Part shown: piece after piece, positions 45,756-56,424 of the stretch
How positions within the stretch are numbered: the first letter of the stretch is position 1
Layout of the letters: every line of letters starts with the position of its first letter
From: a virus
IMG/VR virus record: IMGVR_UViG_3300043446_003110
Direction: 5' to 3' (one strand)
Length of the DNA: 64,000 nucleotides
Translations under genes and position numbers: made by a program
The notes under the pieces: model-generated
Seen by the model: only the letters and a program-made list of their open reading frames with translations
Databases searched by the model: none
What the model was told of the DNA's origin: nothing

Positions 45756-46828
45756 AAACAATATTGAACAAACATAATGTAGATTATCTTTCTCAGCCAT
45801 TATTCCTTGGCGAAGATCTATCCCTACAGAGATACGATAAGTTTAAGTATCCCGTGTTCTTTGATCTATATAAGAAACAAATAGAATTCTTCTGGAGGCC
45901 AGAAGAAATAGAACTTAAAAAAGATAGAAATGACTTCAAAAATGACGATGTAATGTCGGCAAATGAGAAGTTTATTTTTACTTCCAATTTAAAGTATCAG
46001 ACTATGATGGATAGCGTTATTTGTAGAGGAGTGCCTACGTTGACTCAATATGTTTCTAATCCAGAATTAGAAGCATGTATGAATGTTTGGCAGTTCTTTG
46101 AACAAATTCATAGCTACAGTTATACCTATATTATCAAGAACGTATACAGCAATCCAAGTGAAATATTAGACAGTTGCTTAACAGACAAAGAAATACTTAA
46201 AAGAGCTAATGTAGCAATCAAGGAATATAACGCATTAAGAGAAATAGGTCATTCCGGCAAACTTAAAGATATCAAAAAGCAGATTTACCTAACTCTTATA
46301 AGCGTTAATATTCTTGAAGCAGTTAGATTTTATGTTTCATTTATCTGCGCTTTTGCGTTTGCTGAAAATAAAAAAATGATGGGCAATGCTGATATTATCA
46401 AGTTAATCAAACGTGATGAAGCATTACACTTATACAATACGCAAGAAATAATTAAGATTTTACGTACAAATCCAGATGAAGGATTTATTAAAATTGCAGA
46501 AGAGTGCGAAGATGAAGCGGTTCAAATGTTTGAATCTGCCGCCAATGAAGAAAAAGCATGGTCAGAATATTTATTTAAAGATGGATCAATTATCGGTCTT
46601 AATGAGAAAGTAATGGCAGAATACATTGATTGGTTATGCATGAGTCGCAGAAAGACTATTGGTTTACCATACGATAAAGGGTGTAGAAATCCAATTTCTG
46701 GATGGACCGATCCATGGATGAATAGTGAATCAGTTCAAGTAGCACCACAAGAACATGAAATCACATCATATAAAATTGGTGCAAGCAAAAATGATTTAGA
46801 GGATATGGAGCTAGGAGGACTGCTATGA
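45752..46828 (+). CDS. nrdB: ribonucleotide reductase beta subunit
   Basis: FFWRPEE, EQIHSYSY, LEAVRFYVSF, RDEALH, QVAPQE. Confidence 0.96.
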   Translation: MKTILNKHNVDYLSQPLFLGEDLSLQRYDKFKYPVFFDLYKKQIEFFWRPEEIELKKDRNDFKNDDVMSANEKFIFTSNLKYQTMMDSVICRGVPTLTQYVSNPELEACMNVWQFFEQIHSYSYTYIIKNVYSNPSEILDSCLTDKEILKRANVAIKEYNALREIGHSGKLKDIKKQIYLTLISVNILEAVRFYVSFICAFAFAENKKMMGNADIIKLIKRDEALHLYNTQEIIKILRTNPDEGFIKIAEECEDEAVQMFESAANEEKAWSEYLFKDGSIIGLNEKVMAEYIDWLCMSRRKTIGLPYDKGCRNPISGWTDPWMNSESVQVAPQEHEITSYKIGASKNDLEDMELGGLL

Positions 46829-47253
46829 ATAATTTAGTAAAAGTTCAAATTTTGAAAATTGAAGGTAAAGTTCCCACTAAGGCAAACATAAATGACGCTG
46901 GATTTGATTTATATTCTGCTATTGATACCGTCATACCATCAAAACAACGCAAGACTGTCAGTACCGGGATAGCAATACAAATGCCAGAACAATTTGCTGG
47001 TTTAATTTGGCCCAGATCGGGTTTATCAGTTAAACATGGTATCGATGTTTTGGCTGGAGTAGTGGATAGTGGATATAGAGGAGAAATAATGGTATGTCTA
47101 TATAATACTTCTGATGAAAATGTTAGTATACATACCGGGGATAGAATCGCTCAGATTATATTCCAAGAGGTTCCTCGCGTAATTATGGAGGTCCATGAAT
47201 CGTTAGGTTCCTCGCAACGGGGAGAAAACGGCTTTGGCAGCAGCGGCAAATAA
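46825..47253 (+). CDS. dut: dUTPase
   Basis: AGFDL, PRSGL, GVVDSGYRGE, RIAQ, RGENGFGSSG. Confidence 0.96.
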   Translation: MNNLVKVQILKIEGKVPTKANINDAGFDLYSAIDTVIPSKQRKTVSTGIAIQMPEQFAGLIWPRSGLSVKHGIDVLAGVVDSGYRGEIMVCLYNTSDENVSIHTGDRIAQIIFQEVPRVIMEVHESLGSSQRGENGFGSSGK

Positions 47254-47914
47254 CAATTCGAAAAAAAACAAAAAATCTAAACAAGAACCAAAACAAAATG
47301 TACTAGTAGCAAAAACAGAAAATCAAAAAGATTATATTAGATCAATCATTGAGAATGATATAATATTTTGTACCGGACCATCTGGAACTGGTAAATCTTT
47401 TATTGCCGCAGGAGTTGCTGCTGAACATTTATTAAAGGATAAAATTGAAAATATAATAGTAACAAGACCGTTAGTATGCACAGGAAAAGATATAGGATCA
47501 TTACCGGGAGAATTGGGAGAAAAAATTAAGCCATACCTACAACCTATGGAAGAAAATCTAAAATACTTTTTGGGTAGAGATAAGTTTGGCTTATATTACA
47601 ATACTCGCAGAATTAAATTTGAGCCACTTGAGACTATGAGAGGATCAACATTTCACAATTCTTATATGATATTAGATGAAGCTCAGAACTGTACCTTAGA
47701 GCAGATTAAAATGTTTATTACACGCATGGGTGAAAATTCTAAAGTAATGATAAATGGTGATACCAAACAAACAGATTTGTATCGCGGGAATGGATTATTA
47801 GAATGTATAGAAAAATTGACAGATATTCATGGTATAGGAATGTGTCGATTAGGATATGAAGATATACAAAGAAATGGAATTTTAGGAGCTGTTCTACACG
47901 CTTTAGAATCTTGA
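47234..47914 (+). CDS. phoH: PhoH-family ATPase
   Basis: GPSGTGKS, LPG, MRGSTF, DEAQN, TRMG, GDTKQTD. Confidence 0.93.
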   Translation: MAAAANNNSKKNKKSKQEPKQNVLVAKTENQKDYIRSIIENDIIFCTGPSGTGKSFIAAGVAAEHLLKDKIENIIVTRPLVCTGKDIGSLPGELGEKIKPYLQPMEENLKYFLGRDKFGLYYNTRRIKFEPLETMRGSTFHNSYMILDEAQNCTLEQIKMFITRMGENSKVMINGDTKQTDLYRGNGLLECIEKLTDIHGIGMCRLGYEDIQRNGILGAVLHALES

Positions 47915-47921
47915 GGATTAT

Positions 47922-48272
47922 ATGTTATATGATTATATTTGTGACGAATGCCATAATGAAATGAAAGATGTTTATCAGTCCATTAAGGATGATGCATTAA
48001 CCACTTGTCCAGCATGTGGAAAAAGTGGTCTACGAAGAGTAATATATGGTGGCATAGCATCTTTTATGAAGGACTGTAAAACGATAGGCAGTCTGGCAGA
48101 AAAGAATTGGTCACAAAAGGGCAGTTACGAAAAATCCGACATAGAATCACAATCCAAGAAGAGTACGGAGGAAACTTCGTACTTTTCTTCTTTTGGATCA
48201 GCATCTAAAAAAGAAATCAACAAAATGACAGAAGCACAAAAAACAAAATATATTATGACAGGTGAAAAATGA
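47922..48272 (+). CDS. FmdB-like zinc-ribbon protein
   Basis: YDYICDEC...CPACG. Confidence 0.75.
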   Translation: MLYDYICDECHNEMKDVYQSIKDDALTTCPACGKSGLRRVIYGGIASFMKDCKTIGSLAEKNWSQKGSYEKSDIESQSKKSTEETSYFSSFGSASKKEINKMTEAQKTKYIMTGEK

Positions 48273-48613
48273 AATTTATCAATTCTGAAAATCAAGCATT
48301 TGAAATTAACCATACAGATGTATTTGAAATCAATCTAAATAAACTGGGAAGACCAATCAGCGATGAGTCTGAAAAGATATTTGCCAAGACAATTGGGAAT
48401 ACAAATTCTATACCTAGTCAAAATAAATATGCAATTTTAGTATTTAATAACCAACCGTATGATCCCTATGGAATTGATAGTCATAGAGAATCCACACTAT
48501 CGCTCAGTTTGAAACAAGTTAGCAAACAAACACATGATATGTATGTATCTTATTTAAAAAGTAAAAATTCTCTATATATGACTAGGGCACAAAGGAGTTT
48601 TATCAATGGCTAA
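48269..48613 (+). CDS. hypothetical protein
   Basis: Operon context. Confidence 0.7.
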   Translation: MKFINSENQAFEINHTDVFEINLNKLGRPISDESEKIFAKTIGNTNSIPSQNKYAILVFNNQPYDPYGIDSHRESTLSLSLKQVSKQTHDMYVSYLKSKNSLYMTRAQRSFING

Positions 48614-48893
48614 AACTGGACCTCTCGGTAAAGCTGAATCTTTTTACGTAGAAGAAAAATATAAATCTGGTAATAGTATTGAACAGATTGCACAAGATTT
48701 AGATAGAGCTGTTGGTGCTATTGAAAAATATATCAAGAAATGCAAGATAGAAGCACCAAAAACTATAGTAGATCAACAATTTGTACGTCAGGGCGGTGCA
48801 ACCATAATGACAGAAAATGCATCTACTATGATAGATCAAAAAAAAATTATACCAAACAGAAAAAACCCTAGCTGTGTTACCAAAATACGATGA
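48606..48893 (+). CDS. HTH-containing protein
   Basis: SIEQIAQDLDRAVGAIEKYI. Confidence 0.65.
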   Translation: MAKTGPLGKAESFYVEEKYKSGNSIEQIAQDLDRAVGAIEKYIKKCKIEAPKTIVDQQFVRQGGATIMTENASTMIDQKKIIPNRKNPSCVTKIR

Positions 48894-49318
48894 ATAATTT
48901 TATTACTTCATATACTGATTGGCTTGAGGAATATAAAAAAGACAAGTATAATACTTGGATTCGTGCTATTTTAAATGATGGTAAAGAAATTTATCTCAGA
49001 AACTATAATGAATGGATGGATCTAAAAAATTATTGTAAATTACACAAACTTTGTATTAATAAAATAGGTTTACAATATAGATCAAGTTCTATAGAAATTG
49101 ATACCTCTGGCACAGATGCGGTTTATTTGATAAGATCTATGTTGGCCACATTTGGTAAAGATGAAAAACATACATACACAGTTGGCAAAGTGTATGGAAA
49201 TAAAGTCAAAAAAACAATATGGATTATACCAGAATTGATACAGCACTTAGAAGAAGAAGATAATATTGAACAATGTTTTGAAGAAGCCATAATATACAAT
49301 TATGCCACAGAAAAATAA
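48890..49318 (+). CDS. hypothetical protein
   Basis: Operon context. Confidence 0.7.
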   Translation: MNNFITSYTDWLEEYKKDKYNTWIRAILNDGKEIYLRNYNEWMDLKNYCKLHKLCINKIGLQYRSSSIEIDTSGTDAVYLIRSMLATFGKDEKHTYTVGKVYGNKVKKTIWIIPELIQHLEEEDNIEQCFEEAIIYNYATEK

Positions 49319-49817
49319 ACCAGAGTTATTTAGCCAAAACTACCAAAAAGAATGGTCAGAAACTCATAAATATAAACATATTCATACTGGCGAATATTGT
49401 ACATTTGAAGCTTATGTAGCTGAATATATCGTTTTGAGGAGATCTGAAAAATTGAATTTAGGTAAGCCATCTTACAAATTTTGGACAAAGGGCGATCCTC
49501 TACACTGGATATGGAAGAAGCAACATGGAGCAGCACTTCAATTAAAAAAGAAGTATAGCGAAGAAGCCATTATACAAGCTATACAGTCTAAAGATTTTGA
49601 TAAATTATTAGTTATTGGAGTGCAAAATGGCAGAGGATATAAAATAAATCCAGAGGCAGAAAAAATCATAGCAAAGTATCACCAAAAGATTGAAGATCAG
49701 AAACACAAAATTGAAATCAATATGGATGTATCAATTGAAAAACCGGCACTTGAAACTAGAGCGTCAGCAGGCTATAATAACAAAAAGAACACCATGAACC
49801 AGTTGAGGAACCTATGA
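49302..49817 (+). CDS. hypothetical protein
   Basis: Operon context. Confidence 0.7.
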   Translation: MPQKNKPELFSQNYQKEWSETHKYKHIHTGEYCTFEAYVAEYIVLRRSEKLNLGKPSYKFWTKGDPLHWIWKKQHGAALQLKKKYSEEAIIQAIQSKDFDKLLVIGVQNGRGYKINPEAEKIIAKYHQKIEDQKHKIEINMDVSIEKPALETRASAGYNNKKNTMNQLRNL

Positions 49818-50920
49818 GCAAAGTTAAAAAGAACAATGTAAAATTCTCTGAAGACGCTATAAGCAATTCTATTGTCAGTAAATATGGAGATGTTGTCAGA
49901 AGCGGAACAGAAGTTCTTGAAAGTATAAATAGTCTAAATGTTATAGGTCTTTCTCCAGCATTAGATATAGCACTTGGCGGTGGAATAAGAGAAGGTTCTG
50001 TCGTGGTGATGACGGGAGATCCAAAAAGTGGCAAAACTACAACAGCTTTACATTTTGCATCTAAATGCCAACAAAAGGGAAAACGCATTATATATGTGAA
50101 TACTGAGGGTAGACTATCAAAACAAAATTTTGATGGAATTAAGGGGCTTCAGCCAGACAATATCTTAATAATAGAGTCAACTGACGAAAGAGTATTATCA
50201 GCAGAAGATTTTCTTAACATTATTGAGTATTATATCAATAATGATCCCGGATGTTTAATCATTGCTGATTCACTATCTAACATGGTTCCAGCGTGTGAAC
50301 TTGAAGGCGAAGTAAGAACTGGCGTAAGAAATGCACTTCCAAGATTGCTATCAATGTTTTTCAAGCGAATCAGTGGTACTTTGATGAAAAATAAGACAAT
50401 TCTTATTTGTATCACTCATAATATTGCTAATACTGGTGGATCGCCATATGCCCCACAAAAGATGGCAGATTGTGGAAATATGTTGCAATATCAGGCCGGT
50501 ACTAATATGGTCATTACTCATCGTGGTAAGTGGCAAGTTCCAAAGGATACTGGTCCACACGTTGGCCAAATAGCAAATTGGGTGATAAAAACTTCTAACG
50601 CTGGCGGTAGACCAAACAGCACGGCAGAAAGTTGGATAAAATATGGAACTGGAGTTGATGAAGTACAAGAAATTGTACAAATTGCTTGCGAATTTAGACT
50701 TATCAAAGCGGCTGGAGCGTGGTATACCATACAATGCGCCGTTGATGATCAAGCTAATCCAATTATAGTAAAATTACTAGAAGACAACGGTATTGGGAAC
50801 ACTTCAGACGAAGTTGAAAGATTTTTTAAATTTCAAGGTGTGAATAATGTATCGGAATTTTTGAATAACAATCCATCGATGTCAGAATTTATATATGACA
50901 AGATAAAGGAACTACATTGA
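49814..50920 (+). CDS. recA: RecA/UvsX-like recombinase
   Basis: SPALDIALGGG, GDPKSGKTT, IIADSL, KAAGAWY. Confidence 0.88.
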   Translation: MSKVKKNNVKFSEDAISNSIVSKYGDVVRSGTEVLESINSLNVIGLSPALDIALGGGIREGSVVVMTGDPKSGKTTTALHFASKCQQKGKRIIYVNTEGRLSKQNFDGIKGLQPDNILIIESTDERVLSAEDFLNIIEYYINNDPGCLIIADSLSNMVPACELEGEVRTGVRNALPRLLSMFFKRISGTLMKNKTILICITHNIANTGGSPYAPQKMADCGNMLQYQAGTNMVITHRGKWQVPKDTGPHVGQIANWVIKTSNAGGRPNSTAESWIKYGTGVDEVQEIVQIACEFRLIKAAGAWYTIQCAVDDQANPIIVKLLEDNGIGNTSDEVERFFKFQGVNNVSEFLNNNPSMSEFIYDKIKELH

Positions 50921-51339
50921 AAGTCAAAGGAATCAATGGCAAAGAATATACTTGGAATTTAACTGGATATGATATATTCAATGATGACGCTCGTAAAAGA
51001 TCTAGATACCATTTGCGAGCAAGAAACTTATTAAAAGAAATCTACAATAGCTATAGAATATTAGAAGAGGTTAAACTTCCCGGCAGTACAGCTTTACATA
51101 GAAAATCAGTTTTATATTTAGACTTTTATATACCAACTCTACAAAGAGCCTTTGAAGTTCATGGTCAACAACATTATGAGTACAACCCATTTTTTCACAA
51201 AAGCAAAGCAGATTTCATAAAAAGCCAAGTGCGAGATGAAGATAAAATATCTTGGTGCGAATTGAATAATATTGAATTAATAACCTTAAAATATTCAGAA
51301 AGCGATGATGAGTGGCGAAAAAGAATTAAAAGCATCTGA
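50917..51339 (+). CDS. PD-(D/E)xK/Vsr-like endonuclease
   Basis: LYLDFYIP..AFEVHGQQH..RDEDK; TTG start. Confidence 0.75.
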   Translation: MKVKGINGKEYTWNLTGYDIFNDDARKRSRYHLRARNLLKEIYNSYRILEEVKLPGSTALHRKSVLYLDFYIPTLQRAFEVHGQQHYEYNPFFHKSKADFIKSQVRDEDKISWCELNNIELITLKYSESDDEWRKRIKSI

Positions 51340-51784
51340 CAAATTAGCAGAACATATAGCACTAATCAATGACTATATAAATAGTAGTAATACTAAATTC
51401 TCATCATTTAGAGAAGAATATCTGATGGTGGCAGATTTGTCATTAGACCAGCTTAAAAAAACAACACAACAAGAAGCATTTGATGCGGCATATCTATTAT
51501 ATGGATATGCTACCTATATTCAAGATGAAATAAATAAAAATAAAGTTGCATTAACTTGGTGTCATGATCAAATAGAAAAGTTAATAGTTAAACATAATAA
51601 TGATTTTGGTCAATATACTAAGCATGAGTCAAAAAAATATATACTAGCACAAAATAACTCATACGCCGCTTCACTAGAAAATATGAGAGAAATAGCTGAA
51701 GCTAGATTGCAATCATTAGATGGCAAAGTATTTGAATTGAAGAGAAAAGCAGACATCCTTCTTGAGAGAGGTAAAAGATCATGA
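51305..51784 (+). CDS. helical hypothetical protein (possible recombination mediator)
   Basis: Coiled-coil; lies in the recombination cluster. Confidence 0.55.
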   Translation: MMSGEKELKASDKLAEHIALINDYINSSNTKFSSFREEYLMVADLSLDQLKKTTQQEAFDAAYLLYGYATYIQDEINKNKVALTWCHDQIEKLIVKHNNDFGQYTKHESKKYILAQNNSYAASLENMREIAEARLQSLDGKVFELKRKADILLERGKRS

Positions 51785-52200
51785 GCATGAACGATTTCAT
51801 AAATATGCTCAACGATGAGCAAAAACAGGCTTTATTAAAAGCATTAATTGGGAATACTCCAACAGTAGCACCAGTACCAACAGAAATAAAACAAGAGAGT
51901 ATAAAAACAATCAAGTCTTCAACGCCAACTGCCAGCGTAAATGAAGATTTTACTATACGTAGGCAGGAAGATACTTCTAATGTCAGGAGAAAAGAACCCG
52001 TGAGAGCTAGAAAGAATGAGTGGCAAGATACAGGAGAATTTCGCGATATAGAAACTCCTCAGTTTGAACGCACTCCGCGTAAGCGTCAACCGCACAAAAA
52101 GGTTGAAGTAGAATGCCATGTATGCGGAAAAACATTTAAAGAAGATCCAAGATATGTACATGGTGATTATTACAGATGCAACAGGTGTACTGGAAGATAA
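51781..52200 (+). CDS. hypothetical protein with C-terminal Zn ribbon
   Basis: CHVCG..YRCNRC. Confidence 0.7.
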   Translation: MSMNDFINMLNDEQKQALLKALIGNTPTVAPVPTEIKQESIKTIKSSTPTASVNEDFTIRRQEDTSNVRRKEPVRARKNEWQDTGEFRDIETPQFERTPRKRQPHKKVEVECHVCGKTFKEDPRYVHGDYYRCNRCTGR

Positions 52201-52201
52201 T

Positions 52202-53665
52202 ATGGATACTAAATTAACAGATATAGGTTCAGAACGTGCTGTACTCGCTGGATTATTTCAGCATGGTATAGATGCTTATGTAAATATATCTGATATTATT
52301 AGTCAAGACTCTTTTGGTCACGTAAATAACCAAATTCTTTACAAGTGCATAGAAAAAGTTATTACTAATGATCAAAAAGTAGATATACCGTCTATTTTAT
52401 CAGCTGCCGAACAACTTAATTTGTCTGATAGTATTAATACTGATCAGGAATTAAAATATATCAAATCTTTATCTGATTTTCCGGTTAATAAAGATAATGT
52501 ATTTAGCTTTGGATTGCAACTTAAAAAATTTGAGTTCGCCAGAAAAATAAAACATTTAACAGCAAAAATACATAAAGATATAGATGACATTACTGGATCT
52601 GAGTCTATCAATGAAATTATACAAATTTTAGAAAGTCCAGTAACAGATTTTCTGCGTGAAGATGATAGCGGAGATTTACCAGAAAAAATAGGAAAAGACA
52701 TACAGCAATATCTAGATTTTTTAGAAGAAAATAAATGTGATATTATAGGCATACCAACGGGATTCAATAAATATGATGAAGCAATAGGTGGCGGTCTTCG
52801 CAGAAAATGTGTAGACTTAATATCTGCTCGTCCTAAAGTTGGTAAAAGCGTATTTGCTGATAATGTTGCATTGAATGTATCTTCTAAAAGAATACCTGTA
52901 TTGATGTTAGATACAGAAATGAGCAAAGAAGATCACTTAAATAGACTATTAGCTAACATTAGTGGCATTCCAATAAACGAAATAGCTACCGGAAAGTTTA
53001 CTGAAGATGAAGAAAAAAGAATCAAAGTCAAAGAAGCAATTGACAAAATAGAATCAATACCATATAGCTACGTTAGTGTTGCTGGAAAACCTTTTGAACA
53101 AATATTGAATTTAATCAAAAGGTGGATTATGCAAGAAGTAAAGATGGATGAAAATGGCAAAACAAATAATTGTCTTATTATATATGATTATCTTAAATTA
53201 ATGTCATCTAATTCTATCACAAATAATATTCAAGAATATCAAGCTTTAGGCTTTCAGATAACCGCTTTGCATAATCTATGTGTAAAATTGGATATACCAT
53301 GTTTATCATTTGTACAATTGAACCGTGATGGTATAACTAAAGAAAGTACTGACGCTGTTTCTGGATCTGATAGGTTAATATGGTTATGTACATCTTTTAC
53401 TATATTCAAGGCAAAATCACCAGAAGAACTAGCAGAAGATGGACCAAATGCTGGTAATAGAAAACTTGTTCCAATAGTCTCACGACACGGTGCTGGATTA
53501 GATGACGGCGACTATATCAATATGGTAATGCAAGGATCTCATGCCAAGTTGAGAGAATTAAAAACACGCAATGAGTTCAAAAATCAGCCGGTTGGAGATA
53601 CTGGCATGGTAAACCAAGAAGCATTGGACAAACTAAAAAATGGACTTACAGAAGATAAAGAATAG
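52202..53665 (+). CDS. dnaB: replicative DNA helicase
   Basis: ERAVLAG, IPTGF, ARPKVGKS, DTEM, IYDYLKL, VQLNR. Confidence 0.93.
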   Translation: MDTKLTDIGSERAVLAGLFQHGIDAYVNISDIISQDSFGHVNNQILYKCIEKVITNDQKVDIPSILSAAEQLNLSDSINTDQELKYIKSLSDFPVNKDNVFSFGLQLKKFEFARKIKHLTAKIHKDIDDITGSESINEIIQILESPVTDFLREDDSGDLPEKIGKDIQQYLDFLEENKCDIIGIPTGFNKYDEAIGGGLRRKCVDLISARPKVGKSVFADNVALNVSSKRIPVLMLDTEMSKEDHLNRLLANISGIPINEIATGKFTEDEEKRIKVKEAIDKIESIPYSYVSVAGKPFEQILNLIKRWIMQEVKMDENGKTNNCLIIYDYLKLMSSNSITNNIQEYQALGFQITALHNLCVKLDIPCLSFVQLNRDGITKESTDAVSGSDRLIWLCTSFTIFKAKSPEELAEDGPNAGNRKLVPIVSRHGAGLDDGDYINMVMQGSHAKLRELKTRNEFKNQPVGDTGMVNQEALDKLKNGLTEDKE

Positions 53666-54665
53666 TCTTAATTTAAGAGCAGAAGAAGTATTCTCTAGTT
53701 TGGGTATGCAATATGAGGTATTAGGAGATAACATATATTGTAATTGTCCAGCACATGAGGCTAGTGATAACCCACGGGCATTCTCATTTTCTAAAGATAA
53801 AGGTATATGGAAATGTTGGACTAGAGATTGTCAGTATCACTATAAAAATGATATATTTGGAGTCATAAGGGGGTTTTTGTCTAAACAGCACGGAGAAGAC
53901 GTTGGTTTTTCAGAGGCACTTAAATGGTCTTGTTCTTTTCTTGGAGTGTCAAAAAGTCCAAATGTTATTTCTAAATCTGTTAAGACTGAAGAATGTGATT
54001 TCTCGCGTATAGTAAATACTATTAATAGTAATATAAAAATTGAAACACAATATTCAGCGATAACACTAGAATGTAATTCTATTCCATCTTGTTACTTTCT
54101 CAATCGCGGATTTAAAAAAGAAACATTATCATTTTTTGAAGTTGGAGATTGCACAGATAAATCTTCCAAGCTATATGACAGATCAATTATACCAATACAT
54201 AATGAAGATGGAACACAAATCATAGGATCTATAGCTAGAGCAATTAAAGAATACAAAAGTCCTAAATTCTTGATCACCCCTAAAGGTTTCGACAAAAGGT
54301 ACATTTTCTACAATTATCATAGAGCAATAGATTATGTGTATACATCTTCTTCGTTGATATTAGTCGAAGGCCAAAGTGACATATGGAGACTTCATGAAGC
54401 TGGAATCAAAAATGTGATGAGCATCTTTGGAAGAACATTATCAAAAGAACAAGAATACAAATTATCTACTATGCCACTTACCAAAGTAGTGATATTAATG
54501 GATAATGATCAAGCTGGTAGAGAAGCAAAAGTGCAATTGCAAAGACAATTAAATAGAATGTACAAATTGTTTTTCCCTAGAATACCAGCAAAAGACGTAG
54601 GAGAAATGACGGTGGATCAAATACACAAAATCTTGGTTCCGCAATTGAGAGGCAACAATGGTTAA
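53640..54665 (+). CDS. dnaG: DNA primase (Zn finger + TOPRIM)
   Basis: CPAH..WKCWT, IIPIHN, LVEGQSD, MDNDQAG. Confidence 0.9.
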   Translation: MDLQKIKNSLNLRAEEVFSSLGMQYEVLGDNIYCNCPAHEASDNPRAFSFSKDKGIWKCWTRDCQYHYKNDIFGVIRGFLSKQHGEDVGFSEALKWSCSFLGVSKSPNVISKSVKTEECDFSRIVNTINSNIKIETQYSAITLECNSIPSCYFLNRGFKKETLSFFEVGDCTDKSSKLYDRSIIPIHNEDGTQIIGSIARAIKEYKSPKFLITPKGFDKRYIFYNYHRAIDYVYTSSSLILVEGQSDIWRLHEAGIKNVMSIFGRTLSKEQEYKLSTMPLTKVVILMDNDQAGREAKVQLQRQLNRMYKLFFPRIPAKDVGEMTVDQIHKILVPQLRGNNG

Positions 54666-55401
54666 AATTATTGGAATTTCTGGTAGAAAACAATCTGGAA
54701 AGAATACTGTAGCAAACTATATCAACGGAGACATTTTAAAGTCTAAATCGATGATAAATGATTTCTCTATAAATGATAATGGAGAATTGTTAATCAATAC
54801 TAGTGATATTACTGGTACAAGTGGGTATGGCATATTTGATGTCACTAGAAAAGATAACATTTTCATAGATTATGCAGAACGAGAACTATGGCCCTACATA
54901 AAAGTATACCATTTTGCTGATCCGCTAAAAGAAATGTCTATCAATTTATTTGGATTAAATCCAGAAAATATATATGGCACAAATGATCAAAAAAATGAAA
55001 AAACTGATCTAAGATGGGAGAATATGCCAGATAATGACTCAAATAAAGAAGACAGAATGACATACAGAGAATTTTTAGAACATTTTGGCACTAAAGTTGT
55101 AAGAAAAATAAAGAATAATGCATGGTCTGAATATACACTAAAAAAAATTGTGTTTGAGCAATCTGAGATAGCTATAGTACCAGATGTTAGATTTCCCAAT
55201 GAGGTTAAGGCGATAAAAGACAATGGGGGGATGGTAATAAGATTAACAAGAGACATTTTTAATAGTGATTCGGAATCAGAATGTGCTTTAGATAGTGAAC
55301 AATTTTCTTGGTCAAATTTCGATATGGTTATTGATAATCATAACATGACGCTAGAGGTCTTGTGCGATGAACTAAGAAACAATCCATTTTGGAGGAATTA
55401 A
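54658..55401 (+). CDS. deoxynucleoside monophosphate kinase
   Basis: GISGRKQSGKNT, FADPLKE, PDVRFPNE. Confidence 0.88.
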   Translation: MVKIIGISGRKQSGKNTVANYINGDILKSKSMINDFSINDNGELLINTSDITGTSGYGIFDVTRKDNIFIDYAERELWPYIKVYHFADPLKEMSINLFGLNPENIYGTNDQKNEKTDLRWENMPDNDSNKEDRMTYREFLEHFGTKVVRKIKNNAWSEYTLKKIVFEQSEIAIVPDVRFPNEVKAIKDNGGMVIRLTRDIFNSDSESECALDSEQFSWSNFDMVIDNHNMTLEVLCDELRNNPFWRN

Positions 55402-56420
55402 TGTTAGTTACATATATAAGATCTTCTAGTTATAATAATTATGCTTATTGTCAAATGCAATATTTTATGACTTATGTTTTGGGCCATCAGCCAGATAGTG
55501 GCAAAAAAGCTGAATTAGGAACAATAGTACATAAAGTAATGGAAGTATTGGCCAGTTTAAAGAAATTTCATCAAGATAATCCACGTAAATTAAATCTAGT
55601 CATAGAAGATGATGCCCTCCAAACAATATCAATCAAAAAAAATGAATTATTTACTAGCTCATTAGTAGACAGTTTACTTTCTAAGAGTTTTGAATTTTAT
55701 ACTGGATCATCCAAGCATTCATTTACAAAAGGTGACAAAGATTCATGCTCTAAGTTAGTATGGGACACTTTGAATTATAATGATGGACAATTTGATCCAA
55801 GATATAGAAAAATAGTGGCAGCAGAACCACATTTTGACATACCAATAGACGAAGATTGGGCTTTTTATGAATATGAAGTAAATGGTCAAAAGATCAAAGG
55901 GCAACTTGCGATAAAAGGGACCATAGATCTCGTAACAGAGACAGAAGAAGGAATTATAGAGGTAATTGATTGGAAAACTGGCAAAAGGCTAGATTGGGCA
56001 ACGGGTGAAGAAAAGACATACGACAAATTATGTGCAGATCCACAATTATTGCTATATAACTATGCAATATCTAAATTATTCCCGCAATATAAACAGTCGA
56101 TAATGAGTATTTTCTTTATAAAAGATGGTGGTCCATTTTCTATGTGCTTTGACGAACTTGACCAGCAAAAGTTCATTAAAATGCTCAAAAATAGGTTTTT
56201 AGACATAAAAAGTAATAATAATCCCCAGCCAATTTCACAAAATAGGGATAATTGGAAATGTACCAAATTATGCCACTATTGTAAGCACAACTGGCCGGGA
56301 ACAGATCAGAACATGTGTATATATGTAGAGAACAGTATAAAAACACACGGTATACAAAAGACAATAGAGGATTGTACCAGACAGGGATTTGACATAGGAT
56401 TTTATTCTGCTCCGGGGTGA
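55401..56420 (+). CDS. PD-(D/E)xK nuclease (RecB/Cas4-like)
   Basis: GTIVHKVME, KGTIDLV..IDWKTG, QLLLY, C-terminal CTKLCHYC. Confidence 0.85.
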   Translation: MLVTYIRSSSYNNYAYCQMQYFMTYVLGHQPDSGKKAELGTIVHKVMEVLASLKKFHQDNPRKLNLVIEDDALQTISIKKNELFTSSLVDSLLSKSFEFYTGSSKHSFTKGDKDSCSKLVWDTLNYNDGQFDPRYRKIVAAEPHFDIPIDEDWAFYEYEVNGQKIKGQLAIKGTIDLVTETEEGIIEVIDWKTGKRLDWATGEEKTYDKLCADPQLLLYNYAISKLFPQYKQSIMSIFFIKDGGPFSMCFDELDQQKFIKMLKNRFLDIKSNNNPQPISQNRDNWKCTKLCHYCKHNWPGTDQNMCIYVENSIKTHGIQKTIEDCTRQGFDIGFYSAPG

Positions 56421-56424
56421 AAAT

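Noticed and set aside
55401-56420. cas4 as evidence of a CRISPR system
   Set aside because: A solo PD-(D/E)xK nuclease in a replication cluster is common in phages; no other cas genes or array.
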